From: Rubrobacteraceae bacterium
Lineage (GTDB): Bacteria > Actinomycetota > Rubrobacteria > Rubrobacterales > Rubrobacteraceae
Reading direction: 5' to 3'
Length of the DNA: 64,000 nucleotides
NCBI GenBank assembly: GCA_041747155.1
Contig: JBGTFQ010000188.1
Coordinates: 1,090-65,089 of the forward strand
The notes under the pieces are model-generated. The model saw nothing but the letters and a program-made list of their open reading frames with translations. It was not told the origin of the DNA and did no database searches. The translations under genes and the position numbers were made by a program. How positions within the stretch are numbered: the stretch's first letter is position 1; each line of letters opens with the position of its first letter. Positions 37,546 through 46,540 of this stretch are shown one piece after another.

Positions 37546-38805
37546 TCAGGCTGGTTTGCGCGCGCTGGGTATTAGGAAAGCCAATGATCCCAGAAGGACC
37601 AGCAGACCGCCGGTAACGGCCCACATCGGCTGTACTCCGAATCGCTCCGCCGCGACGCCCACGAGCGCGTTGGAAGTGAGGCCGGCTACGCAGAAGAGCA
37701 TGGTGCGGAGGCTGGAGACCCGTCCGAGAAACTCGTTAGGAGTCAACTGCTGTGTGAGGGTAATGCTCGGTATGACGAAAAGCATGTTGCCCAAGCCACC
37801 GAGCGCCATCATCCCGGCTGCAAGCCACAGGTCCGAGAACAGCGCGAGAGAGGCGTCGGCAATGCCCGAGACTATGAGTCCGACCAGTATCATCGGCCCC
37901 CTGGGGCAGAGATCTCCCCACTTGCCCACTGCCAGCCCGCCGGCGACGGCGCCGAGACCCAGTGCCGCTTCGAGTACGGAATAATGGAAGGCGCCCCCGC
38001 CGGTAACCTCGGTGGCGTAACCATAGGTAAGCGTGTAAGAACCCCAAAAGATGAGTATGGCTACCGTGGCGATCACGGTATTGACGAGCAGTGCCGAGTT
38101 CGAACCCACGAAGCGCAACCCGACGAGAATCCGCTGTCCGATGCCATCGAAAGCGGTCTCGGAGGTAGAAGGGGCCGCCCGTGTCACGGACATCGTGTAG
38201 ATCATCACCGCCGAGAAACCGTAGGTAGCGGCGTCTATCCAGAAGGCGAGCTCGATGCCATTTCCACCCTCTAGCACACCCCACAACCCAGCGACCAGTA
38301 CCCCGGCCAGCGGGTAGCCGAGCACGTCAACCGTGGTCTCTGTGGTGGAAGAGAGCGAGTTAGCCTTCGTCAGGCTCTCCTTCGGCACCACGTTTGGTAT
38401 CGTCGCGTCCTTGGCTGGCTTGAAGAACAGGCCCGCAGTCTGCAGCAGAAACGCGGCTACGTACACTAACAGGAGGTCCACCTGCGCCAAGAACGGTATC
38501 GACAGCACCAGAGGAACTCGGATGAGGTCCGCCGCGAGCATCACCCGGCGCCGGTCCCAGCGGTCCACCAACGCCCCGGCGAATAGCCCGAATAGCAGCG
38601 ACGGTGTCCCCAGTGTGACAAACATCAGCGCCACCCGCCCCAAATCGCCCGAGGTTAGCGCACCGACCAAGACCAACAGGGCGACCTGGTGCAGCCGGTC
38701 GCCGAAGACCGAGATGAGCTGACCCAGCCAAAGCGCCGCGAAATTGCGGTTCATACGGAGCAAAGCGGCGTATGAAGTGCTCTGCCGTATCGTGGTGGCG
38801 GTCAT
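37546..38805 (-). CDS. MFS transporter of the DHA3 (Mef / EntS-like) type
   Basis: About 12 TM. The N-terminal pattern NRNFAALWLGQLISVFGD...GALVDRWDRRRVMLAADLIR matches the Mef(A)/EntS-type signature, from memory. GGAG lies 9 nt before ATG 38805. Confidence 0.8.
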   Translation of the reverse strand: MTATTIRQSTSYAALLRMNRNFAALWLGQLISVFGDRLHQVALLVLVGALTSGDLGRVALMFVTLGTPSLLFGLFAGALVDRWDRRRVMLAADLIRVPLVLSIPFLAQVDLLLVYVAAFLLQTAGLFFKPAKDATIPNVVPKESLTKANSLSSTTETTVDVLGYPLAGVLVAGLWGVLEGGNGIELAFWIDAATYGFSAVMIYTMSVTRAAPSTSETAFDGIGQRILVGLRFVGSNSALLVNTVIATVAILIFWGSYTLTYGYATEVTGGGAFHYSVLEAALGLGAVAGGLAVGKWGDLCPRGPMILVGLIVSGIADASLALFSDLWLAAGMMALGGLGNMLFVIPSITLTQQLTPNEFLGRVSSLRTMLFCVAGLTSNALVGVAAERFGVQPMWAVTGGLLVLLGSLAFLIPSARKPA

Positions 38806-38874
38806 ACAGATCAACTCCTGTCGGTATTAGAATGTTTGCGGAGCTTTCAATTGCTTGTTCTCTTGTGCAGTAGA

Positions 38875-38902
38875 GTGGCGGAGGCTCCAGAGCCCCCGCC
38901 AC
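38875..38902 (-). promoter_or_regulatory. GC-rich hairpin between the last mini-ORF and the MFS gene
   Basis: Minus sense is GTGGCGGGGGC-TCTGGA-GCCTCCGCCAC (about 11 bp including one G-U). No U-tract follows. Confidence 0.45.
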
Positions 38903-38920
38903 GATCTTCGTCTCTCAGAT

Positions 38921-38953
38921 TTACGGGCTGTATTTTCCTTTGCGTCCCTTCAT
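38921..38953 (-). CDS. mini-ORF 1, MKGRKGKYSP (candidate leader peptide)
   Basis: AGGAGGT lies 7 nt upstream. Sequence is ATG AAG GGA CGC AAA GGA AAA TAC AGC CCG TAA. Confidence 0.5.
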   Translation of the reverse strand: MKGRKGKYSP

Positions 38954-39002
38954 CTTTGTTACCTCCTTTCCTGCTCGTCTTTCCGAATCTGCTGTCCTGT
39001 CT

Positions 39003-39035
39003 TTACGGTGTATAGCGGCCCTTGCGTCCCTTCAT
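39003..39035 (-). CDS. mini-ORF 2, MKGRKGRYTP (candidate leader peptide)
   Basis: AGGAGGT lies 7 nt upstream. 10 codons ending CCG TAA. Confidence 0.5.
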   Translation of the reverse strand: MKGRKGRYTP

Positions 39036-39082
39036 GGTCTATACCTCCTCTCTTCCTTCTTGTCGGTCTTCGTCTCTCAGAT

Positions 39083-39115
39083 TTACGGGCCCCTCAGTCC
39101 CTTGCGCCTCTTCAT
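39083..39115 (-). CDS. mini-ORF 3, MKRRKGLRGP (candidate leader peptide)
   Basis: AGGAGGT lies 7 nt upstream. 10 codons ending CCG TAA. It is followed by the same ATCTGAGAGACGAAGA sequence as mini-ORF 1. Confidence 0.5.
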   Translation of the reverse strand: MKRRKGLRGP

Positions 39116-39174
39116 CTTTGCCACCTCCTTTCGTAATCTCGGTTGTTTTCGCTTCTGCGTTGGTCTCCTGGTTG

Positions 39175-39207
39175 TTACGGGCCCCTCCGGCCGCTGCGCT
39201 TTCTCAT
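39175..39207 (-). CDS. mini-ORF 4, MRKRSGRRGP (candidate leader peptide)
   Basis: AGGAGGT lies 5 nt upstream of the second of two tandem ATGs. 10 codons ending CCG TAA. Confidence 0.45.
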   Translation of the reverse strand: MRKRSGRRGP

Positions 39208-39434
39208 CATCCACCTCCTCCGTCCATCGCTGCCCTGTGCAACTTCTAAAACCAATGTAACCTCCCAAAAGGCTCTGTACATCGGCCATGCGGCTATTTG
39301 TTGGTTGGCCGGGTGGCTATTGTTTGCCTCCAACCATTAGCGGGGTTTTGGAAAGGAACTCCCGTACCACTATGCCGGATCTGCTAGGATTGGGTGATTC
39401 AGACGCAGCAGCTGACAGGAGCACAGGAGCGACG

Positions 39435-42197
39435 ATGGATCTGCCCACCGGCACCATCACATTCTTGTTCACAGATATAGAAGGCTCTACTAAGCTGTGG
39501 GAGCGCAGCGCAACCGCCATGCAGCGCGCCCTGACCCGACATGACGAGATCCTGACGGAAGCCATCGAAGCCAACGACGGCCACATCTTCAAGAAGGTAG
39601 GCGACGCCTTCTGCGCGGCATTCTCCTCTGCTCCTGCGGCACTTGAGGCGGTGCTCACCACCCAGCGTGCCCTTTGTGGCGAACCGTGGGAGGAGGGGTG
39701 TGAGATCCGGGTGAGGATAGCCTTGCATACCGGGTCTGTCGAAGAGCGCGGTGGAGACTACTACGGTCCGCCGCTAAACCGGGTCGCTAGGCTGATGTCC
39801 GCCGGACATGGGGGGCAAGTCTTGCTCTCGCTAGCCACCCAGGAGCTAGTAAGGGATGGACTGCCACCGGGTGTCGAGTTAAGGGACCTTGGAGAGAGAC
39901 GCCTGAAAGACCTCTTCCGCCCCGAGCAGGTATTCCAGGTGTCAGCCCCAGAGCTGCCATCGAGCTTCCCGCCCTTGAGGACCCTCGATGCTCGCCGCAA
40001 CAACCTGCCCATACAGCCAACGCCGCTGGTTGGTCGCGAGCGAGAGGTGGCAGAGGTCTGCGAACGTATGCGGCAGGAGGAAGTGCATCTTTTGACCCTT
40101 ACAGGACCGGGAGGGACAGGTAAGACACGCCTCGGACTTCAGGCTGCGGCCGACCTAGCAGTGGAGGACTTCGAGGGTGGCGCCTTCTTCGTACCCCTCG
40201 CCGCCATTACGGATGCGGACTTATTCTTCGGCGAGGTGGCCGGGGCGCTCGGCATCCGGGAAAGCGGCGACACCCCGCTCCCTACTCTGCTCAAGGAGTA
40301 CCTGGGCCGTAGGGAGCTGTTGCTAATCCTGGATAACTTCGAGCAGCTCTTGGGAGCCGCGCCGCTCGTGAGCGAAATACTTGCCGCCGCGCCGCAGGTA
40401 AAGGTTTTGGTTACGAGCCGCGTATCGCTCGGCCTCTACGGCGAGCACGAGTACGCTGTACCGTCCCTCTCGGTGCCGGACCCCAGGCACCTACCGCTCG
40501 TCGAGACCCTCTCCCAGTACGAGGCCGTGCGGCTTTTCATAGAGCGTGCCGGGGCGGCGAAGGCCGATTTCGCAATCACCAATGAGAATGCCCCGGCTAT
40601 CGCCGAGATCTGCGCCCGCCTGGATGGCCTGCCCCTCGCCATAGAGTTGGCCGCCGCCCGTGTGAAGCTTCTCCCCCCGAAAGCCCTGCTAAACCGCCTG
40701 GGCAACCGTCTCAAGCTCCTGACCGGCGGAGCAAAGAACCTCCCGGCGAGGCAGCGCACCCTGCGGGGTGCCATTGAGTGGAGCCACGAATTGCTGACCC
40801 AGGGAGAGAAGACCCTCTTTGCCAGGCTCGCCGTCTTCTCCGGCGGGCGCACCTTCGAAGCGATAGAGGCCGTCTGCGACGCCGAGGGGGACCTGCCCGT
40901 AGATTCCTTCGACGGCGTCTCCTCGCTGCTGGACAAGAGCCTTCTGCGCCGCGAAGAAGGACCGCAAGACGAGCCACGCTTCGCGATGCTGGAGACCATC
41001 CACGAGTTCGCCCGCGAGAAGCTCGAAGAGAGCGGGGAGGCTGAGGAGATAAAACGACTGCACGCAGAGTACTTCCTCTCGTTCGCAGAGGAGGCCGAGC
41101 CGGAGCTTGAAGGGCCGGCGCAGGTGGAGTGGATGCATAAGCTGGAGGCCGAGCACAGTAACCTTCGGGCGGCGCTCTCATGGGCACATGAGACGGCTAA
41201 TGCGGAGTTAGGGTTACGCCTCGGAGGCACCCTGTGGTGGTTCTGGTCCATTCGAGGCTACGCCGTCGAAGGGCGACGCTGGTTGGCAGAAGGAATGTCT
41301 AGGAGCCAGGCGGTACCCGCCAACATCAGGGCCAAGGCGTTGCTGGGTTTAGGAGAGTTGGTATTGATGCAGGGCGAGTGCGAACCGGCTACGGAGTCGT
41401 TAGAACGAAGCTTGTTACTGTACCGCGAGGTCGAAGACAAGAGGGGAGAGGCTTACGCTCTCTTCTTTCTAGGGTGGGTGGCTACGCTTCGCGGCAGTCT
41501 CGACCGGGCGAACGAATTGTTTGAGCAGAGCGTTGCGCTGAGTCGGGAAAACGGAACCAAAAGAGACATTGGCTTCATGCTAAACGGACTCGCCAGCTCA
41601 ATAATGGCTTGCGGGGATTATACGCACGCGACCACCGTATACGAGGAGAGCCTGACTGTATCTCGGGAAGCCGGGGACATGCAAGGCATCTCGGCCATCA
41701 CCGGCAACCTTGGGTACCTATTGGTCTGCACCGGTGAGCACGAGAAAGCGGAGCTGCTCCTTCGGGAAAGTCTGAAGATGGCGCAAAGTCTAGGAGACAC
41801 TCATTCCATTGCGACCTGCCTCGGGCTCCTCGGGATGGTGGCTCTAAATGGAAACGACACTGGGACAGCCAGGAGGCTGGCTGAAGAGAGTTTGATGGTG
41901 AACCGTGAGGTGGGAAATAGGTTAATAATCATCGATAACCTAGAGCTCTTGGCAGGTGTTGCCGGCCTAAAGGAAGAGGCCGTGCGAGCAGCGCGGCTTT
42001 GGGGGGCATCTGAGACGTTGCGAGAGGCCGCGGGCACGCCGGTGCTTGACGGCGAGTGGACTCTGCGCGAGGAGTTCATCATCCCCTCTCGCAGGCAGTT
42101 GGACGAAGCGTTGTTCGAAGAGGCGTTCGCGGAGGGCTGCGACATGGCGCTGGAGGACGCAGTCGCCTATGCCCTGAACGAGAAAACCGATGTCTAA
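39435..42197 (+). CDS. class III adenylate/guanylate cyclase fused to a STAND (NB-ARC-like) ATPase and TPR repeats
   Basis: FLFTDIEGST, FKKVGDAF and YYGPPLNRVARL motifs. Walker A GPGGTGKTRLGL. C-terminal TPR-like repeats (YALFFLGWVA..., GISAITGNLGYL...). ATG 39435 is chosen by GGAG spacing and by the paralogue N-terminus. The ORF is open from 39288. Confidence 0.85.
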   Translation: MDLPTGTITFLFTDIEGSTKLWERSATAMQRALTRHDEILTEAIEANDGHIFKKVGDAFCAAFSSAPAALEAVLTTQRALCGEPWEEGCEIRVRIALHTGSVEERGGDYYGPPLNRVARLMSAGHGGQVLLSLATQELVRDGLPPGVELRDLGERRLKDLFRPEQVFQVSAPELPSSFPPLRTLDARRNNLPIQPTPLVGREREVAEVCERMRQEEVHLLTLTGPGGTGKTRLGLQAAADLAVEDFEGGAFFVPLAAITDADLFFGEVAGALGIRESGDTPLPTLLKEYLGRRELLLILDNFEQLLGAAPLVSEILAAAPQVKVLVTSRVSLGLYGEHEYAVPSLSVPDPRHLPLVETLSQYEAVRLFIERAGAAKADFAITNENAPAIAEICARLDGLPLAIELAAARVKLLPPKALLNRLGNRLKLLTGGAKNLPARQRTLRGAIEWSHELLTQGEKTLFARLAVFSGGRTFEAIEAVCDAEGDLPVDSFDGVSSLLDKSLLRREEGPQDEPRFAMLETIHEFAREKLEESGEAEEIKRLHAEYFLSFAEEAEPELEGPAQVEWMHKLEAEHSNLRAALSWAHETANAELGLRLGGTLWWFWSIRGYAVEGRRWLAEGMSRSQAVPANIRAKALLGLGELVLMQGECEPATESLERSLLLYREVEDKRGEAYALFFLGWVATLRGSLDRANELFEQSVALSRENGTKRDIGFMLNGLASSIMACGDYTHATTVYEESLTVSREAGDMQGISAITGNLGYLLVCTGEHEKAELLLRESLKMAQSLGDTHSIATCLGLLGMVALNGNDTGTARRLAEESLMVNREVGNRLIIIDNLELLAGVAGLKEEAVRAARLWGASETLREAAGTPVLDGEWTLREEFIIPSRRQLDEALFEEAFAEGCDMALEDAVAYALNEKTDV

Positions 42198-42717
42198 CAC
42201 GTCCTACATGGGATGACCTCGTCGGTACGCTCGGTGATCGCAACAACGCAAGGCGCACGGCAGATCAGCGGACGGGCCTAGCAATCAGCCCCGCTTCCAC
42301 CGCACCCTCCTCCATCGCTTCCGGCACGCATAAGCCGTCCGCTGTCGAGCTTCGCAAACCGGCGTCCTGTCCTGATCTTGGAGCATCGGTATTTCCAAAC
42401 AGGATAACCACTACAACCAGAGTGGCTATAAGGATTCCCAGATCGCCGAGCGCTACCAGCCACCCCCCCCTCAGACTAGGACCCAGCTGCACACTAAATC
42501 CCGGGCCATCGAGATATAGCCCAGCACGAGCAAGAGTCACACCATCGTCGCCAAGATCTTTCCCGCAGTCCTCATCTGCTCTCCTCTCTTCGCTTATCGT
42601 TGCACCAATATCAGTACAAGCTATCGGATAAGGAAGAATGCCGAATATGCCGAACGACCATTCCTATTTGGCCGAGCGGCTAGTTGCTCTCGAACTTCGT
42701 TGAGCCTATCTTGGCTT

Positions 42718-43425
42718 CTATTGAGCTTCGGCAGAGAGCAGGCCAAGTTCAGTGGCGCGGACCGCCGCCTGAGTTCGGTCGGAGACACCGAACTTGGCGA
42801 TTATGTGTTGAACGTGGGCCTTCACGGTACCGACGCTAACCAGGAGGTTCCTGGCTATCATGGGGTTCGTTTGACCTTCCGCCATGAGGCGCACCACTTC
42901 TACCTCCCGGTTCGTGAGCGGCTCGACCGGAGGGTCTGGAAGCCTGCGCGCCGGCTGCGAAGAGCTGGCTGTCTGCTCCTTCTCACTCGCTAGGTGGCGG
43001 AGCAGGCGCATTGCTAGATCCTGGTCCAGGGTGGACTCCCCCGATAGCACCCGCCGCACAGCGCTCACCAACTCCTCCCTTGAGGAGCCCTTGAGTACAT
43101 AACCGGCGGCGCCAGCTTTGACCGCCTCGAAGAGATATTCGGGGTCCTCGTGCATAGTCACCATTACGATGCTGGTGCGAGGATGCTCTCTCTTAATAAT
43201 CTGGGTAGCCGCGAGCCCGTCCAACTCCGGCATCCTTACATCCATCAGGATCAGATCCGGTCCGAAGCGCCGACACAGGTCGATGGCTTCCTGACCGTTC
43301 GCCGCCTCGCCCACAACCTCAAGATCTACCTCGTCGGCGAGCATTCCACGAATGCCCTCCCGGACCAAAGCGTGGTCGTCAGCGAGGATCAATCGGGCCG
43401 CACGAGACTGGGATTTACCGTCCAT
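42718..43425 (-). CDS. NarL/LuxR-family response regulator
   Basis: REC (LILADDH, DLILMDVRMPELDG) plus LuxR HTH (LTNREVEVVRLMAEGQTNPMIARNLLVSVGTVKAHV). The start is uncertain (43425 or 43443). Confidence 0.85.
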   Translation of the reverse strand: MDGKSQSRAARLILADDHALVREGIRGMLADEVDLEVVGEAANGQEAIDLCRRFGPDLILMDVRMPELDGLAATQIIKREHPRTSIVMVTMHEDPEYLFEAVKAGAAGYVLKGSSREELVSAVRRVLSGESTLDQDLAMRLLRHLASEKEQTASSSQPARRLPDPPVEPLTNREVEVVRLMAEGQTNPMIARNLLVSVGTVKAHVQHIIAKFGVSDRTQAAVRATELGLLSAEAQ

Positions 43426-44488
43426 CGTCTTCCTTTGCTCCATCGATTGGGACCTGCGCGACCACCAAAGTGCCTACGCTCGGCTTGCTAAGAACCTCCA
43501 GCTTGCCTCCGATCAAGGCGACCCGCTCTCGCATCCCGTAAAGACCGACCCGCTCACCCCAAGCGCCACCACCCACAACATTGCTTGTCTCAAAGCCGCT
43601 GCCCCAGTCCCTGATCCGGAGCCGTACAGCCCCATTCAGCCGCGAGAGCTTGATCCTTGCCCGGTACGTACCCGCATGCTTACGCACATTGGTCAGCGCT
43701 TCCTGCGCCACCCGGAAGAGCGCCGTCTCCACCTCAGCCGGAAGCCGCTCCTTACCGAGAGCCTCACAATACCTCACGTTCCAGCCTTCCTTCCGAAGCG
43801 CCTCGACCTGCATGGCAGTCGCGGCCGCTAGACCGAAGTCGTCGAGCGCTGTTGGCCGCAAGCGCCCTATGACCTGGCGTGACTCCACAACCACCCCCTG
43901 AACCAACTCCAACACCCGGCGAAGCTCTTGGCTATCAGGGTTCCTGGCTGCGTAGGTCTCCAAAAGACTGTGAGCGGCGACCGCAGTCTGGGCTAGACCG
44001 TCATGTACCTCGTAAGATACGCGGCGACGCTCCTCTTCTTGTGCGGCCAGCATTCGTCCGATCAAGTCTCGCGGCGGGCGGTCACCGGCCCCGAGCTGCG
44101 ATACAAGGGTCATCGTATCCCAGTTGGTCCACTGCTCCACGATCTTACTATCTGCGATACGAAAGATTGAGATCCCCGTCGTTGACATTTTCCTGCCGGT
44201 AGGAACTATGCCTAAAAACTCGCCTCGATGAGTACCGTGGTCCGTCCAGCGCACCACGACCCTGTCGCCTACCGAGATCTCATCCTGGATAGAAACGTGT
44301 AGGTCGGGGAAGGCGTCAATAAAGCTCGCCAGGCTCTGCTTAAAGCTTTCGAGTCCGCTTTTCTCCCAAACGGCTCTGTCGTGGCCGACTAGATCTTCGG
44401 CAAGGAAGTCATTCGCTGCTTCCAGGTTGCGCCGATTCATGACTTCTTCGTAAAAACGGCGGACTATGATTCTATTCTCCTCGGACAC
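43415..44488 (-). CDS. cytoplasmic histidine kinase with N-terminal SnoaL-like (NTF2-fold) domain
   Basis: N-terminal RRFYEEVMNRRNLEAANDFLAEDLVGHD...GDRVVVRWT (SnoaL/ester-cyclase-like). HisKA_3 H-box EERRRVSYEVHDGLAQ. HATPase_c motifs follow. No TM segment. Confidence 0.8.
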   Translation of the reverse strand: MSEENRIIVRRFYEEVMNRRNLEAANDFLAEDLVGHDRAVWEKSGLESFKQSLASFIDAFPDLHVSIQDEISVGDRVVVRWTDHGTHRGEFLGIVPTGRKMSTTGISIFRIADSKIVEQWTNWDTMTLVSQLGAGDRPPRDLIGRMLAAQEEERRRVSYEVHDGLAQTAVAAHSLLETYAARNPDSQELRRVLELVQGVVVESRQVIGRLRPTALDDFGLAAATAMQVEALRKEGWNVRYCEALGKERLPAEVETALFRVAQEALTNVRKHAGTYRARIKLSRLNGAVRLRIRDWGSGFETSNVVGGGAWGERVGLYGMRERVALIGGKLEVLSKPSVGTLVVAQVPIDGAKEDDGR

Positions 44489-44704
44489 GGCTCGCGATCT
44501 TTCTCTAAAGATTTGACGCTATTTTACCTCAATAGTCTATTCGACACCCCAATTACGATTAACTCATAACCACGGGTCCGCGACCAAAAAGCTTCGGAAT
44601 CAAAGTTTGAGTTAGAGGATCGCGAGCAGCATTCGCGATCCTCCTTGAAGAACAGTCCGATAAAACTATCTTACCCGTACGTCATCGACTCATCAACGTT
44701 CTTG

Positions 44705-46162
44705 CTACCAGGATACCGCGCTCAGAGCATTGATGCGTCCGTAGCCGTAGTATGGATCCCACCCGCGAGCTCCCAGGTCAACTGCGGTTCTCTCTATCCG
44801 ATAACGGATCTGGTAGTTATTAAGTCCCTGGCTGGCTAGCAACGCAGCCAGGCCCGACACATGCGGAGCAGCCATGCTGGTACCGTTCATGTAAGCGAAT
44901 TTTCCTCCAGGCGCGGTGGAAAGGATTTTTACACCAGGTGCGGAGACGTCTACATAGCTCTGGACGTTGGAGAAGTTGGCCCAGTAGTTATTTGAATTGG
45001 TGGCGGCTACGGCCAGGGATCGCGAGAAGGCCGCCGGATACTCCACCGGGTTCCCCTTCTGGGCATCATTACCGGCCGCTACTACGACCACGATACCGTG
45101 ATTCCAGGCGTTGTTGACCGCTGCCTCGTAGGCCGGCATGTATGGCATAGGACCGCCCAACGAGAGGTTGGCGACCTTTATGTTGGAATAGCTTGCATTG
45201 GAAGCGAAGTAATTCAGGGCGTTGATCGCGCTCTGAGCAGGACACCTAATCTCGTATCCGTTGACATCATAGTCGGTGTTGCCTACCCACGTTGGTCCAC
45301 AGACTTTGGCGGCCAGTATCTGGCTTCGTGGGGCGGTACCGGCGACACCGAAGCCATTGTTAGTAGATGCGGCCACGGTTCCAGCAACGTGGGTGCCGTG
45401 TCCCGAATCTGAGTAACCATAGTTGATGTTGGCTACAGAGTCACCGCTGAAGAAGTCCCATTGCCATACTATCTTGCTCCGTAAATCGGGATGGTTAACG
45501 TCGAACCCGGTGTCCAGTACAGCTACGCGTGCCCCATATCCGGTCGTCTTGTCCCATGCCAAGTGGGTTCCTGTTCTGGTGAAGTCCCACTGATACCCAG
45601 CTCGAAAGTACGGATCGTTGGGCACGAAGCTAGGCTTGGATAGGTAATTGTAGGAGACCGACGCAACGTCGGTGGAGTGTTCCAGCTCTTGCTTCTTCCG
45701 GCTCAGGTCTTCCTGGCGAGTCTTCTGGAAATCTTCATTCTTTACTTTGGAGAAAGAAAGCACATCAGCATCCACTTTGGGAAGCCTTTGTAGTTTGTCG
45801 TCGACCTTTGCGCCGACTGTATCGTTGACCTTCTTCTTTTCTGCATCAGATACATCCGACTCGTAGGTAACGATTAACTCACCTGATACATATAGATTGC
45901 CCTTTGAATCTTTGTCAGCAACTATCTGAGCGTTGCCTGCAGATCCAGCCGAACCGCTGTTTGGCATCTGCGGGAGCGGACGCTTCTCAAGCTTCGTCGG
46001 ATGCTCGGGCATCGCCTGTTTCTCTAGTTTCGGCGTCTGAGCCCATGCACTAGGCACAACAAGTACGAGAGATATAATGCAGGTCAGTACCGCTGTCACA
46101 AACTTGCGTAGCAGCGACCCATGAGTTGCATAGATACCTTCTTGGCCAACAAGTTCCTTCAT
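44705..46162 (-). CDS. secreted S8 (subtilisin-family) serine peptidase with propeptide
   Basis: Signal peptide. Catalytic motifs VAVLDTGFD, HGTHVAGT and GTSMAAPHVSG. Confidence 0.9.
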   Translation of the reverse strand: MKELVGQEGIYATHGSLLRKFVTAVLTCIISLVLVVPSAWAQTPKLEKQAMPEHPTKLEKRPLPQMPNSGSAGSAGNAQIVADKDSKGNLYVSGELIVTYESDVSDAEKKKVNDTVGAKVDDKLQRLPKVDADVLSFSKVKNEDFQKTRQEDLSRKKQELEHSTDVASVSYNYLSKPSFVPNDPYFRAGYQWDFTRTGTHLAWDKTTGYGARVAVLDTGFDVNHPDLRSKIVWQWDFFSGDSVANINYGYSDSGHGTHVAGTVAASTNNGFGVAGTAPRSQILAAKVCGPTWVGNTDYDVNGYEIRCPAQSAINALNYFASNASYSNIKVANLSLGGPMPYMPAYEAAVNNAWNHGIVVVVAAGNDAQKGNPVEYPAAFSRSLAVAATNSNNYWANFSNVQSYVDVSAPGVKILSTAPGGKFAYMNGTSMAAPHVSGLAALLASQGLNNYQIRYRIERTAVDLGARGWDPYYGYGRINALSAVSW

Positions 46163-46540
46163 CGTCTTCCTCCTTTTGCTTTCTAGCCACCTTTGGGCTG
46201 TTCACTGGTTAAAGGTTAGAAGTGATCGAGGGACAGCGCATCCGCCAGATAGCCATTCTTTTATTGGTCAGGTGACTATAATTCGATTACACTTGCGGCC
46301 TGAAGGCTATTTATTTGGATTACATGCTCCGAGCCGCTTATGCGATGAGCACCAGATCGTAATTTGTAGAGTCTCGGCTTGTGTTTTGGAAAGATTGATG
46401 TCGTCGGAATTCCAGGTATCTAGAGAGTGGTTTCCGGCTGGTTTTGCGAGCGTAGCTTCCTGGTCGTACGCTATGAGTAGCTTGTACTCGTGCGATACAA
46501 TCGCCGTTTGTGGCATGAGGTCGGCATCGGATTCTCTACT

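Noticed and set aside
38900-39240. The repeat array could be a small CRISPR or a REP-type array.
   Set aside because: The repeat units are not identical or sharply bounded, their spacing varies (80-92 nt), and no cas genes are present. What is conserved is SD, ATG, fixed ORF length and Pro-TAA, which fits coding mini-ORFs better.
42265-42540. A 91-aa ORF downstream of the NarL-type regulator, possibly a small membrane protein.
   Set aside because: It has one hydrophobic stretch, but no clear RBS and no recognisable family. The region also contains overlapping alternative ORFs.
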